A DNA stretch of 64,000 nucleotides from Felis catus (GCF_018350175.1 NC_058375.1:139810001-139874000), one strand, 5' to 3'; numbered from the stretch's first letter, positions 35,293 through 49,082 are shown. Notes: generated from the sequence alone by a model not told the origin. A program made the numbers and translations.

Positions 35293-35954
35293 CATCTACC
35301 ACTCCTCAAGATCAACTTCGTCTAGGAGACTGTCTTCTGAGTATTCTTGTTGGTAGTGAAACAGTGACACTGTCAAAATAATGCACAATTGGTGTCTTAT
35401 TGAAAACATTCATTTGGGGACTATTTGCTATGATGGAAATAGGGATGGAAGTACATTAGGAAAAAGGCACTGTGTGTGTTACTTGTCCTTGAGCAAGGGG
35501 TGGGGACTACAGTTCTTAAGCAATAACAACAAGAATTAGAACAAAAGGGAGGGTTGTGAGTCACCGCCTGCTGTGCTGTACTGCAGGGTAGGTATTAGCA
35601 TTACCGAGCAATGATACATCATACATTTCTCTTAGAATCCAGTGCTGGAATGGTAGTTGATCTCCTGGGAAGAACTGGGAAATAAAACAGTAGAGATCTA
35701 GATAATTCTTATATTCTCTTTTTGCCTTGGCAGCCAGGAAGCCCAGAGCCAAATGCAAAAATACTCAACTGTAGTAATAATTTTATTTCAGGTTCCGAGT
35801 ACAGAGATTTCCTGCCTTAAGTTATATGATTTTACCTTAAAAAATTTTTTTTTCTTATTACCATGGTGATACATGTTCATTATAGAAAATGTGGAAAATA
35901 ATAGATTACCCCACTAATCAGCTGTTTTCCCACCACACAATAATAGCCACTGGG

Positions 35955-36174
35955 TTTTTTTTGAAGTTTATTTATTTATTGAGAGAGAGAGAGAGAGAGA
36001 GAGAGAATGCACAAGTGGAGGAGGGGCAGAGAGAGAGGGAGAGAGAGAGAGAATCCCAGTGCAGGTTCCACACCACTAGTGCAGAGCCCAACACAGGACT
36101 AGAACCCATGAACCATGAGATCATGACCTGAGCCAAAGTTGGACACTTAACCGACTGAGCCACCCAGGTGCTCC
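35955..36174 (-). mobile_element. Can-SINE
   Basis: SINEC body; diverged TSD aatagccactg / aacagtcactg. Confidence 0.92.
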
Positions 36175-36485
36175 AACAGTCACTGTTTTAACCATTCTCA
36201 TTTCTTCTAAGCATGTATGTATACCTCCTAAGCATGAAATGATACCTTTCATACTGTATTAAAACTCTTTTTTTAGCTTACCTTTATAATCATATTCCAT
36301 GTCATTATATATTCATGTAAAACATTATTTGTGATGGCTGGTATATTGATATTTTCATCATGAGGATGTATCGTACACATTTAGCTTGAACTCAGCTTTT
36401 TGCCATTATAAACAACTCTGTCATGTATGTTCTTATAGCTAAATCTCTGAGCACATCCAAAATTATTTCCTTAGAATGGAATTTC

Positions 36486-36515
36486 TTTTTTTTTTAATTT
36501 TATTTTGGAGGAGAG

Positions 36516-36557
<42 letters not shown>

Positions 36558-36678
36558 CCTAAGCAGGCTGCATGCCCAGCGGGGAGCCCAAAACAGGGCT
36601 TAATCCCACAACCCTGGGATCATGACCTGAGCTGAAATTGAGTTGGACGCTCAACCGACTGAGCCATCCAGGTGCCCC
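36486..36678 (-). mobile_element. Can-SINE
   Basis: SINEC body, (GA)n and T tail. Confidence 0.92.
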
Positions 36679-36874
36679 TAGAATTTCTAGAAGTGACATA
36701 ATTAAATAATTAAATGAAATAAATAATATTTTTAAGGTCCTAGATATATATTTCTGTGCTGCCTGCAGAAAGCACGAGCTAATCTATTGTATCACCTCAA
36801 GTTTTTGAGAGTGCCTCTTCCCCAAGCCTCCTCCAGTACCAGGATTATTATTTGTGAAAATCTGTATTAGGAAG

Positions 36875-37200
36875 CAGGATTACTGGCTTTTGGTCAGGTG
36901 TGGAGGATTTGGAAGGACCCCATAAAACAACTATGAATCTGGACAAAATGAACAGCCTGTCACTCTGGTAATCTATTAAAGGCATATAACAATCTGGGAA
37001 GCATTTATTCTTGAAAAACTGCTAACTTCGGGAAAGAACAGTAGGAGTCTACGGCAATCTTGCCTGCCCAGCTCGGTGGGCTCAGAGGTGGGCTCCTCAG
37101 TGAGGGAGACTGTGCAGACCAGCCCCTGTGCTGCCCAGATCAAAGGGACTCGCTCAGTTTGCAGTGTCGGGCAATGTCTGTGCCTTCAGGGTATTTCCAA
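36875..37200 (+). mobile_element. Old L1M 5' end fragment
   Basis: aacaatctgggaagcatttattcttgaaaaactgctaacttcgggaaagaacagtaggagtct resembles L1M 5' UTR text. Confidence 0.5.
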
Positions 37201-37394
37201 TATTCTGATCTCGTAAACTACTTTGCAGATAATCTTTATAGCTAAAGTTGTGGCATTAGTAATTATTGATGGAGGGTACATTCTTATACTTTGAATTATG
37301 GGATCAGATTCTATACCTTTTTTCAAAACTGTCTTTCAAGACATTTTACCAGTGAACACTTTCACCAGCCGTATATGCACATATCTTACCATAA

Positions 37395-39558
37395 TTGTTA
37401 TTTTTAAATTGAGATAAACATACATCCCATACAATGTACCCTTTTAAAGTATACAGTTCAGGGGCACCTGGGTGGCCCAGTTGGGTAAACATCCAACTTT
37501 GACTCAGGTCATGATCTCACGGTTCGTGGGTTCGAGCCCTGTGTCAGGCTCTGTGCTGACAGCTCAGAGCCTGGAGCCTGCTTCAGATTCTGTGTCTCCC
37601 TCGCTCTGCCCCTCCCCCACTCATGCTGTGTCTCTGTCTCAAAAATAAGTAAAACATTAAAAATTTTTAAAAAAATAAAGTATATAATTCAGTGGTTTTT
37701 AGTATATTCACAAAGTTGTGAATTATCATCAACATTATCTAATTCCGAGATGTTTTCATAACTTAACAAAGAAATCTCATACTCATTAGCAATCATTCCC
37801 CATTGCTTCCTGTCAGCCCCTGGGCAGCCATTTTCATGGATTTGCCTATTTTGGACATTGCATATAAGTGGAATCAGTTGTGTGATCTTTTGTGTCTAGT
37901 TAGACTAGTTTTACTTAATATGATGTTTTCATGATTTAAGTTTAATAATGTTTTTGAGGTAATAGCATAAATCAGGTCTTCATTCTTTTTTATGGTTGAA
38001 AAGTATTCTATAGTATGGATATAACACATTCTGTTTATCTACTCATCTTGATGGAGGTTTGGGTAGTTTCCATTTTTGGACTATTATGAATCATGCTTCT
38101 ATGAACATTCATGCACAAGTTTTTTGTGTGGACATGTGTTTNNNNNNNNNNNNNNNNNNNNNNNNNNNNNNNNNNNNNNNNNNNNNNNNNNNNNNNNNNN
38201 NNNNNNNNNNNNNNNNNNNNNNNNNNNNNNNNNNNNNNNNNNNNNNNNNNNNNNNNNNNNNNNNNNNNNNNNNCCAATACCCTCACATCTTCGCCAACAC
38301 TGTTTATTGTCTAACTTGATGCTTATGGCCATCTTTGTGAGTATGAAGTAGTATCTCTTTGCAGTTCCAATTTGCATTTTCCTAATAACCTATGACGTCG
38401 AGCATCTTTCGTGTGCTAATTGGCCATTTGTGTATCTTCTTAGGAGAAATATTTACTCAGGTCCTTTGCTGATTTTTTAATCCAGTAGTTTGTTTTTTTA
38501 CTGTAGAGTTGTAAGAATTCTTTATATGTTCTGGTATTAGACCCTTATCAGATATATGATTTGCAAATATCATGCCTCCTCCTGTACATTGTCTTTTCAT
38601 TCCCTTGATAGTATCCTTTGAAATACAAATGTTTTGATTTTGATAACATCCTATTTATTTNNNNNNNNNNNNNNNNNNNNNNNNNNNNNNNNNNNNNNNN
38701 NNNNNNNNNNNNNNNNNNNNNNNNNNNNNNNNNNNNNNNNNNNNNNNNNNNNNNNNNNNNNNNNNNNNNNNNNNNNNNNNNNNNNNNNNNNNNNNNNNNN
38801 NNNNNNNNNNNNNNNNNNNNNNNNNNNNNNNNNNNNNNTATCCTCTTGCATGTAGCCATCCAGTTGTTCCAGCACCATTTATTGAAAAAAGCATCATTTC
38901 CCCCTTTGATTGTCATAGCTTGTCAAAAATTGGTTGACAATAAATATATATCATTTACTTCTGTTAATCTCAATTCTATTCGGTTGATTTGTATGTCTGT
39001 CCTTATGCCAGTACCACCTAATCTTGATTGTTGTTGCTTTGTAGCAGTTTTGTTACTGGGAAATGTAAATTTTCCAACTNNNNNNNNNNNNNNNNNNNNN
39101 NNNNNNNNNNNNNNNNNNNNNNNNNNNNNNNNNNNNNNNNNNNNNNNNNNNNNNNNNNNNNNNNNNNNNNNNNNNNNNNNNNNNNNNNNNNNNNNNNNNN
39201 NNNNNNNNNNNNNNNNNNNNNNNNNNNNNNNNNNNNNNNNNNNNNNNNNNNNNNNNNNNNNNNNNNNNATTTTTCTAGTTATTTTGGTCTTCTTTAATTT
39301 CTTTCAATAACGTTTGGTAACTTTCAGTGTTTAAGTCTTGTACTTCTTTTGTTAAATTTATTACTGAGCCTTTAAATTTTGTTACTGAGCATTTAAATTT
39401 TCTTAAATTTATTACTGGCCATATTTTTTTTTTCTAGTGCCATGTCAATGAAACTGCCTTAATTTCATTTTTGGATTGTTTGCTAGTAGTGCCTAAAAGT
39501 GCAATTGATTCTTATGTTTTGATTGTGTATCCTGAAGCCTTGCTGAACTTGGCGATTA
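37395..39558 (-). mobile_element. Old L1M 3' region with assembly gaps
   Basis: L1 3' UTR and ORF2 C-terminal text; the minus strand translates to FNKWCWNNWMATCKR and NKQCWRRCE. Confidence 0.85.
37461..37676 (+). mobile_element. Can-SINE (felid)
   Basis: Full length; TSD aaagtatacagttca / aaagtatataattca. Confidence 0.95.
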
Positions 39559-42471
39559 NNNNNNNNNNNNNNNNNNNNNNNNNNNNNNNNNNNNNNNNNN
39601 NNNNNNNNNNNNNNNNNNNNNNNNNNNNNNNNNNNNNNNNNNNNNNNNNNNNNNNNNNNNNNNNNNNNNNNNNNNNNNNNNNNNNNNNNNNNNNNNNNNN
39701 NNNNNNNNNNNNNNNNNNNNNNNNNNNNNNNNNNNNNNNNNNNNNNNNNNNNNNNNNNNNNNNNNNNNNATTAACAAGGTGGTCAGTATTATTTACGCTA
39801 CTTTATGACTCTTTTTATAATCTTCAGAATGTGAGTGATGGAACAAGAGCTGCTGCCTGGTTTCTCCTAGGGAAGGAACAAACAAAAATTGCCTTGTTCC
39901 TGTGCATTTGAAGGCTTGGCATGGTAGCTAATAGGAAAAAGAAAATTTAATTGAGGAATTTATTCATGTGACATTAGGTGCCAAGGAGTTTGATTAATGC
40001 TTTCTAGGATAGAAGCATTCATTATTTAAAAATAAAACTTAAATTTTCCCTGCTGGTTTTTTTTTTTTTTTTTCTCCTGCCTTTCCATATGCTTGGCCCA
40101 CTGTATGCTGCAGGTACTGTTCTGGGATGACAAAGAAGAGTTAAATGCACACTGTGTCTTCAGGATGCTCATGGAAAAGTCTTGGAGGGAACAGGAAATA
40201 GGAAGTTTAACATTCTGGCAAGCGGTTTCTATCCAGGGTAACCTGTCAGAAGGAAACGGGTAACGTGTGGGTTCCTTCTTGGAGTTTTTGGGTCTCAGTT
40301 TGTTGATGGAACATTCACTTTTTACTCCACAGAATCCAAGAATTATAGAGCTGGAGGCTTGGAAATCCTTTTATCCAATGCAACATTGTTTCAATAGGAG
40401 GAACCTCTTACCTTATTCAACAGTTGCTGTTCTCTCCCGTCAGCAAGTCTTTTTCTGAAATGTTTTATCTCACACACACATATACACACACCCCCTCACA
40501 CAGCATTTTCCAGCGGGAGGCAGGCCATGTTTAGCCCACTTCTTGGCTCTGTTTATTGTGTCTGGTGATGGAACATGAGCCGCGGTGCTCATCTTCAGTA
40601 GGACTCATCTAGGATTCCTGCTTCCTCTTGACTCAGCATTGTCCTTTCCATGGGTGCTTATGACGTGGAACTGACAAGGATGGGGACGTTATCCGACCCC
40701 AGATCTGAGTTACTCAGAAAGCTTGCAGGAGGCTGCCTGTTCTATTTTATTGTACTTTGAATTTTCTTTGTAAAGAGCATATTCCATTTTAACCTTGTCA
40801 ATTCAGGAGATTAAGTAGGATGCATATAAAGTCATACCTGTATGCTCACTGTGAAGTCATCTTTTCAGAAAAGAATGAAAGTGGTTATTAGCAAAAGCAA
40901 TGAAATAGGCACACACCTTAGCAAAGTTTACAGTTTTTATTTTGTAAGTTAAGTCAGAATTGTATGCTACATGTGTTTCCATTTTTACTTTGCTATTTAA
41001 AAAGAAACCTTTTATTCCAGCTTTATTATTTATTATTACAATTAAAATAACATCAGGTTACTTTTTATCATCCCGCTGGTAAAATGGAATGCAAACCTTA
41101 CGGTCTTAGGCTACAAAAGGAAATGAATTGTCCCCACAAACCTTTCAAGTTTAATTAACTTTTAAACAAATTTGAAGTTCTAGTTTCCTTTTTTCCTTTT
41201 TTATTACAAGGCATTTTTTTCTTTTGATTACGTGAGGGGGTGAGATAAGGATGCAGAACTGCTTTCTGGTTCACATTGTTTACTGCATATGATACAGCAG
41301 ACAATTCAATCAGGAGGGAAATAGGAAAATAACTACTCTATTTGTGCCTTGTAAGCGGTTTGTACAGTCCCCTCCAGTCCCTACGATTAAATGTTGGCTT
41401 CTCTCCTTGCAAGCATCTAAAATGAAATTAGAAAGTGAAGCAGGCAGCATTTTAAGACCAAACACAAATACCGTGTAGGGACAAACCCAGCAAATTGAAG
41501 AATGCCGGCATTGCAGGTGGTCATTTGATTCAGGGCTGAGAGAATGCCACGGAAAAGGAGAGGGGATGGGAGCAGGTCCTGAGAAAGTTCTAGGTCGTTG
41601 AAAAGCCTCTGGCTATTTGTCCATGTTGAGGGTGGCTTGGGGTGGCGAGAGGTGGGGATGGATTGGTGTTTACAGCAGAGCTCTCCCTAATACATATGGT
41701 AAACACACCAGTGAAACATACTGTCACTAAGTTACTCATTACCTCAGTCTAAGCCCTAGAATGGCCCTGGGACTTGCTCATGGGAAGGGGGTAGTTTAGG
41801 GTGTGGAGGGCCCTTTCTAGAAAAGGGGGTGGCAGTGTGTTGAGGAAAGAGTGTTTGGACTGGCAATCAGGAACCTGAATCCTGTACTTGGTCCTTCTGC
41901 CTTCAGACCATCTGACGTTGGATGTGTCACCTTACCTCTCTGAACCGTGGTTTCCATACTGCAAGATGCAGGTTTGGACTAAATCTGTGATGTCCAATCC
42001 ACATTCCCAAGCCTCCTCCGAGCCATCTCAGAGGCTGTCCCTGCACCAACAGTCGGGGTTCCTGGCCCCTGCTTCCCAAAGGGAGCAGCCTCAGTTTCCT
42101 CCCTTCTGCAAGCTGTTGTGTGAACAAAGTGGTCACCAGAAAATGTTTGAAAACTCCTGGATGGCCTGATCTCAAAGATCTTATGGTTCTTGCATTCCCT
42201 TCGTCTATAACTCGGACATCCGGTCCTAGTTGCAGGTGGCAGCCATCAAGGAACACCCATTATTCTGGTCTTTCCCACCTTTCCCAGGAGACACAAACAA
42301 CAGAAGCCCCATTCTTCAGTCACAGCAAAGCTGCAGGGTGGAGAGGGGTGTGTGCATATAGGATTTCAGCCTGAGACTTCAGGAGCCCACCATTTCTTCC
42401 CTCCTATTGATATAGATTCTCTGTGGCTCCAAGATCAGGGCCTGGTTAATGTAAGTGGCCAGGAGACGTGA

Positions 42472-42670
42472 TTTTTTTTTTAACGTTTTATTTTTTAAAT
42501 TTTTTTGAGAAAGTGCAAGCGGGGAGGAGCTGAGAGAGGGGATCAGAGGATCTGAAACGGGCTCCGTGGTGACAGCAATGAGCCTGATGTGGGGCTTGAA
42601 CTCACGAACCACGAGATCATGACTTGAGCTGAAGTTGGACACTCCCCTGATGGAGCCACCCAGGTGCTCC
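42472..42670 (-). mobile_element. Can-SINE
   Basis: SINEC body; flanks ggagacgtgatttt / ggagatgtgtgatttt. Confidence 0.9.
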
Positions 42671-43314
42671 TGGAGATGTGTGATTTTGAGGGCACCTGTT
42701 GCCTCCACCTTGTGGCGCTTGTCAGCTGTCCACAGGTGCTATGAGGTTGCCCAGCTCTGAATCTTTACTGGGTGTCCCTGAGGTTAAGGAATAATAACCA
42801 CCTGTCAGCTGCAAGTTGGGATTCTGAAAGCCGCCTCTCCTGGGAGTCACTCGCTGGTTCGGGTTAAATAAGCCTTTCCTCCCCATGTCAAGTCATTACT
42901 TATCTGGGCCCTGTCTTGGGAATCTTTTCCTTTCACTCCTTAGGAATGTGCCTCCCTCTGCCACAAGCTTACCTCCATCTCTTTTGAAACCAGACTGTGT
43001 GCACTTCTGTGTTGCCAGGAGTGAAGTAAGGGAGTAAGCCTTCAATTTCCCTTCTGTTTCAAGCAAATATAGTGCCTTTTGTTACTCGTCCCAAGACGCT
43101 CTGGTGAACACAGAAGCCTGCGAGGAAAGGTTTGGCAGAGGAAGCCGTCATGAAAGAACTATTTTAATTGAAGAATATATAGCTGGAGACCCAGGGGTGT
43201 TGAGCAGTTTAATTAATGTTTATTAGAAACGAGACTTGCTATTTAAAAATGAAACTTTAAACCTCCTGTCTCCATATCCATTTCTCCCTCATGTCACTGC
43301 TCCTTTTGCCCCCT

Positions 43315-43860
43315 TTTTAATTTAGCAAACGTTTATTGAGCTCCCACGATGAGACTAGGCACCTTGTTAAACACTGGGCTGAAAAAGATGAGTAAGACCT
43401 AGGCCTTGCCCTTAAGGAGCTCATGGCTAGGCTCAGAAATAGCTAAGCAGATGGTAATAGCACAAAGTGGTCCATGCTCTTTGGAGAAGGTCCTGGAAGC
43501 TGGGAGAACACTCAGGGTGAGCAGCCAGCCACATGCTCTTAGCTGGGGACAGGAAGTGGTTTCTGCAGGAGGAACCCTAGGGACCTGTATTCTAGAACTA
43601 GGGGGGGAGGGCATTCTGGGCAGAGGGAGCAGTGGGTCCTAAGTGCGAGGGAGGTGGGGAGTTTGGTGAAGTGTAGGGGCTTAGTGTGGTTGGTTGGGGC
43701 AGACCTTGAGGGAGGGGTGAGGGGGAGAGAGCAGGAGCCTGGATGGGATAAGCAGGGATCAGGCTGTGAATGACCTGGAATATTTTACTAATGTGCTTGT
43801 CAATTTGGATTTTACCCCAAGGTATGGGAAGCCACAGCTAAATTTTAGGCAGCTTGGGAC
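43315..43860 (-). mobile_element. L2 fragment (followed by a MIR at ~43880-44115)
   Basis: atttagcaaacgtttattgagctccc...ccttgcccttaaggagctca. Confidence 0.7.
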
Positions 43861-44139
43861 AGGAGGTTTGCAAGCCTGTTTAGCGTGGCAGTTATGAACA
43901 AGTGCTCTGGATGCAAGTGAGTGGGGTTGAACCCTGCCTTTACCACCTTCTAGCTGTAGGTAGGCTCCTTAACTGTGTCTCTGTTGACTCACCTTTAAAA
44001 TAGGGATAAAATTCCTATCTGTCCTATACGGTTCTTGTGAGGAAGGAATAACTAAATTTACCTTAAGGTCTCATAAAAATGGGTGTATAGTAAGCACTTA
44101 TTAAAATTTAGTTATCATTTTTTGGCGATGGGGGCATAC

Positions 44140-44540
44140 TGTGTTTTGCGTGAGCAGTCACCTTATTATTCATTAAGGCTCCTGCAATTGTGGCTGGCTC
44201 TGGGGCTTGGCTGATCTTAGCTGGGCTTCACTGAGCAGTTGTGCTTCAAGCTATGGCCCTGCTGGGAATGCCGTTTGGGTTTTCATCGGCTTCAGGTGGG
44301 ATCCAAGCTGAGGGCAGCTCTTGCCAAGGCAGTGGCAGAACTGGAAGGGGTAAGAGGAGGAAACCTGCAAGGCTTCTTAACGCCTGGGTTCTTTCCAGCC
44401 AAAGCCATTCACAGGCCAAGCCTGAAATCAAGAGGCAAGCGATTATTTTGACTCCCATCAGTGGGAGGAGCTGCACAGCTACTTGGGGAAGGGCATGAAC
44501 ACAGGGAAGGCCGAGGGACCGAGGTCAACAGTGTGATATT
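44140..44540. mobile_element. MaLR LTR (MLT1-like)
   Basis: ggcttggctgatcttagctgggcttcact...ccagccaaagccattcacaggccaagcctgaaatcaag...tcagtgggaggagctgca. Confidence 0.6.
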
Positions 44541-46131
44541 CTGCAGGCTGCTCTCGTGTCTCCTGCAACTGCGACTTCCAAGGGGTTGCTCCGTGAGGAG
44601 TAAAGTCAGCACTCAGCCTGGGCAAACCTGAACCCCAGGGGCCTGGCTTCAATTAGCGACTGCCCTGCCCTCGTCCCAGTGCTGACCTCCGGGCCTTGCA
44701 AATGCATTGTTTTTCCCGCTTCTCAGAGTCTTTGGAGGAGACCGCACATTGTAGTGGTGTGGGTTTGACTCTAGACTCTGTGGGATGAAACGGGGATGCT
44801 AATTTTCTCCCATAATATGCATCGGAAAGGAGCAGAGGTGTTTCTACAGGATTGTTCCGCAGCCTCTCAGACTTCGCAGGCTGCAGTGATATTCTGGAAC
44901 ATGGTTTGTAGCAGATATGAACAGCAATGAGGAGGCTTACTGCTTAAACCCAAGAGTACACTAGGTGTGTGTTTATATGTGTTTTTAGATGCCTCTTTCC
45001 TGATACAATGGAAGGAATTGTGTTTTTCCCTGGGTTCCCTGGCATTTGCTTTCTATTCCCTGGGAACCTCCTGTGAGGCGTGCCTGCCTCTCCAGTGGAC
45101 ACCCGTAGGCAAATGCTGAGAGAGAGGCAAGGGAGAGGCAGTCTGGTTAGTGTTTATGAGGATGTAACTCTGCCCCGGTCTCCCATACTCCTCGGGGCTT
45201 GGGAGCAGGATAGGGACAGTGGTGGGAGGAGTCAGATACAGTTGCTTTGCCAACGTGTAAGATAATCTCTCTGCTTTTCCTGGGCCTCCTTCTGCTGCCT
45301 GACAGACACATCCATTCTTGTCCAACAGAGAAGAGAGAAACAGGGACGGCGAGATGTTCTTATAGGTTAGACTTTTCTGTTTTATGTATGAGAAAGAAGT
45401 ATATTATGAAATTAAATATCAAATTTCTTAACATGCTAGTCCTTTATTAGATTAAAAAATTAAGCAAGATCTCTAAAATTACACTTACTTATGCATAGTA
45501 TCACACTGAGCAATCGTTTTAGAAATGGGGAGGAAATACTAAAATTTTTTGGTAATGAAAACACCACTGGAAATAACAAGTAAAACATTTAGCAGTATGA
45601 TTGACATCTATAAAATGCGCAGTAAATTGTAGCACTGATGGTGATGATGATGATGATGATGAGCATAGTGTCTAGAGAACTGGTCCCTTCATGGGTGGAG
45701 GGGACTACAGACAGAGATTACAGGGCTGAGGACTCTCACCCACTGCCTTGCTCCAGAGGAACCTCTCTCACACTTTCCTTCCCTACATGGAAAAGCAACA
45801 GGCAAATGAACCCAGAAAAGCTCAGGTTCTAAAACCAAGCCAAGTGGCTGTGTACTTTAACGAGTTACAATTTTTCTTTTTTCTTGAAATGTTTTTTTTC
45901 TAAAAGGCACAATTCAAAATAGTCAGTGCAAGAACAGACATGCTGAAAGCCTAATGGTGCAATTCTATTTTGTTGAGTCAAAAAATAGGACTGGATAATG
46001 ACGAGTCGTAGCTATGCAAATGAAAAGAAAGATCATCATGTCTTGTGCTTCAGGGTGTGAGTTGATGGCAAAAATCTGTCCATGTTACTTAGTAGGAGAG
46101 ATGAATTTAGATGAAAACATTCAGTGGCATA

Positions 46132-46132
<1 letters not shown>

Positions 46133-46173
<41 letters not shown>
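46133..46173. repeat. (TA)n microsatellite
   Basis: About 20 TA units. Confidence 0.95.
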
Positions 46174-46179
<6 letters not shown>

Positions 46180-49082
46180 TTTCCCCTTAAGCACTATTTA
46201 TGGCTGAAATGCTAAAATAGTTGGTCCATTGTTAGCCTTTCCTGGGTGTCTACTGTGGGCAAGGCTCAGCAAACGAGTCCATCTTTCCTTCCTTCCTTCC
46301 TTCTCCAATAAACATAGCCTTTGCTTTCCAGGAGCTTATATCTTAATGGAAATGGCAAGATGCAGACATTAGAAATGGAAAAAAAAACACATCCAAATTT
46401 ATATAGTACATACTGTGTATGGTAGGTTTCTAATATATCTGGAGGGAAAATCAATAGAGTGAAAATGATAGTTCTAAATCTTCACTAAATTAAGCAATGA
46501 ATTCTTCAACTTCTTTTATTTTTTGTGTTTTCAGGCCATGGGGCATTCTTTTCAGGTGTATTGGGGTGAGAATAACATTGTGACCCAAGAAGTAGACGCT
46601 ACCCATAAAATAAGCAGAGAATTCAACCAATGGTTGGTGACTCAGCTACCATGTACTTCTATGCCTTACAAATATATTTTCAAAGCCTTCGACTAAATGG
46701 GAAGAACTAATTTTAAATAGCAATTATTACTTAGCTGACTGATGCCCCATTGAAGATGAAATGGCTTGATGATGACGATGATTTCATTTGTTTATAATCT
46801 TTTACTGAGATTTCTTATGAAACTACTATGTATATTTGGGTTTTTCCTTTGAAGTTTTTGTACTTGTTATTTAAAAAGTGAACTGGAATAATTTCCTAAC
46901 TACGTATAACACCAATGTGCTAAAGTTTTCAAAAAGGCAATGAGGAGGCATTGTCTAATAGATTAATTAAGACATGCTTTGGACATAACAAGATATCACT
47001 TTGTACCCCACCAAACATAGGATACCTTACAAATAAAGTCCAGAGGGTTGACTATTACAAATTGAATAATAGAAAAGCTAGCAGAAAATATTTATTAGGT
47101 CTGCCTAGGAATGACGATTTTTATGGCTTTAAAGCAAGAGAAGCAACCAGTGAAGAAAAAGCAAATTCACTTGCATATATTAAAATTTAAAACTTCTATA
47201 TAAATGAAGAGACAACAGACTGGGAAAATTCACATTACATTTGTGACACATAAATGATTAATATGTGCCATAACTTTAATATATAACTTACTCAAATATA
47301 TAAGAAAAGGGCTGGGGCCCTAAAGAGAGATGTAAAATATAATAGCTACCATTTATTGAGTATTTTTTATGCCTGCATAGATTTACAAAATCAGATTATA
47401 GTGATTGTTTTACATACAGAGTGTTTTATAACCAGCTTTTCTCACATGCCCAGACTATGTTACTAATTAGTCTTCTAAAACATGGTGTTCAGTGGTTACA
47501 AACTATTTCACTGGTAAAGAAGTACAGCCCAATTTTACTTAACTAAGTTTTTAATGCTGGATGTTAAGGTTCTAGAAATATAACTTAAGGTGATTTTTCT
47601 AGTGTCTCTTCTACTTGTGAAGCCATGGCTGTTGTTAGAGCCATGATTATGGAAAAATACATCTCAGTGAATGAAATAGTGATTTACAAAGAAGCCCATT
47701 CTATACAGTTTTTATCAACAATTTTATAGGTAGCATCTGCCACTGAAACCTGGCTTAGCAAGAAAGGAAATATCATTTGGGATCCCATGCTTTACACAAC
47801 GTGCCATCATATTTACTGAAGGCCTTAGTGAAAGAGACACGTTAATTACCATCCCTGTGAGCATCTCTAGGATAGCAATGACTTGAGTATTCTACGAGGG
47901 CACTTTGTCAAGCATGTCATTCCCTTATCTTGTTTTTATAGCAGAGGAATCAAGGCACTAGAGAAATATCTTTGAGGTCACACAACAAGTTAACAGCAGG
48001 TAAACATTAGAACCAGCAGCTCCAGAATTCCCACTGTGTGTAATTACTTCACTGCAGGCAGGAAATGACAGCATTGGGGATAAATGGCATTGTGTTTAGG
48101 GACATGGAGGCTGGTGGGAATTCTCTGTGCTCTTCTGAGTGGTTCATTAAGTTAGTTTCTTGCTGAGGTTCTCAGTGCACAGAACTTGGAGGCCTCTCAG
48201 CCAGGTACCTTCTTCCTTAGGGTGAAAGAAATCCCCCCACGGTCACCCTCTATTGCTTTGATGGGTTGTCAAGGTGGAGGATATTGGGTGTGGACCTGAG
48301 TCATTTCTTAGGCAGTGCAATCTCTTACTGAGGCTTTACGGAGTTTGTGAGCATGTTTTTTGCTGTCAGCTCCTGATGGACCCTGAGGTGGCAAGAAGTA
48401 CGAGGTTGATAGTGAAAGGGCAGGCACTGTTCTGACTCCTTACAAGTTCACCCCTTTTCCCGTGCTCCAGAGTTCTCAGAGTCGCCTGGCAAGTGCTGGT
48501 AAGCTCATGGAGGGCATGTTTGCCTTGCTTTGTCTCCCTGTGAATGACAGATTCTGAATTTGTGGACTGCCTCCTATTCTTAAGTATCTAACAAAATCAT
48601 CGTAGGAAACAATGTGGTTGAAAAGTACCACCAAGAGATTTGGTATGTTTGTGGATTCTAGGGTGTTCAGAGACTGTCTGCCATGCTTGGGCCAAAGGCT
48701 GGTTCCATTGGTTGCTTTAACAAACTCATTCGGTCCTGGAATCATGATGATCTTAATTTCATTGAGACCCCCCCCTTTTAAAGAACATAGCTAAGTATTT
48801 AATCACCAAGCATTCGCCAGAGGGAGGAGTCTATGCCCTTGCTTTAGAATGTTGAAAGAAGGTGAAATTCTGAGTTCATTTTCTCTTTGTTCAGCCTAGA
48901 ATGAGCTTGGCATGCTTCCTGGGAGAACACAGGCTGGACTCTACTTACTTCCTGTTGCTTCAAACCTGGCTACACCAAGTGAGGTCTGCAGACTGGCAGT
49001 GTCAGTATCACCTGAGAGTGTGTTAGAAGTGCACCTCCTCAGGTCCCATCACCTGTGTTTCTTTTATTAATTAAAAAAAAAA

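Noticed and set aside
39352-39420. Three ~20-bp imperfect copies of ttaaatttattactg
   Set aside because: Local slippage inside an old L1 between two gaps; no functional signal.
38035-39911. ORFs containing X runs
   Set aside because: Artefacts of assembly gaps in decayed L1.
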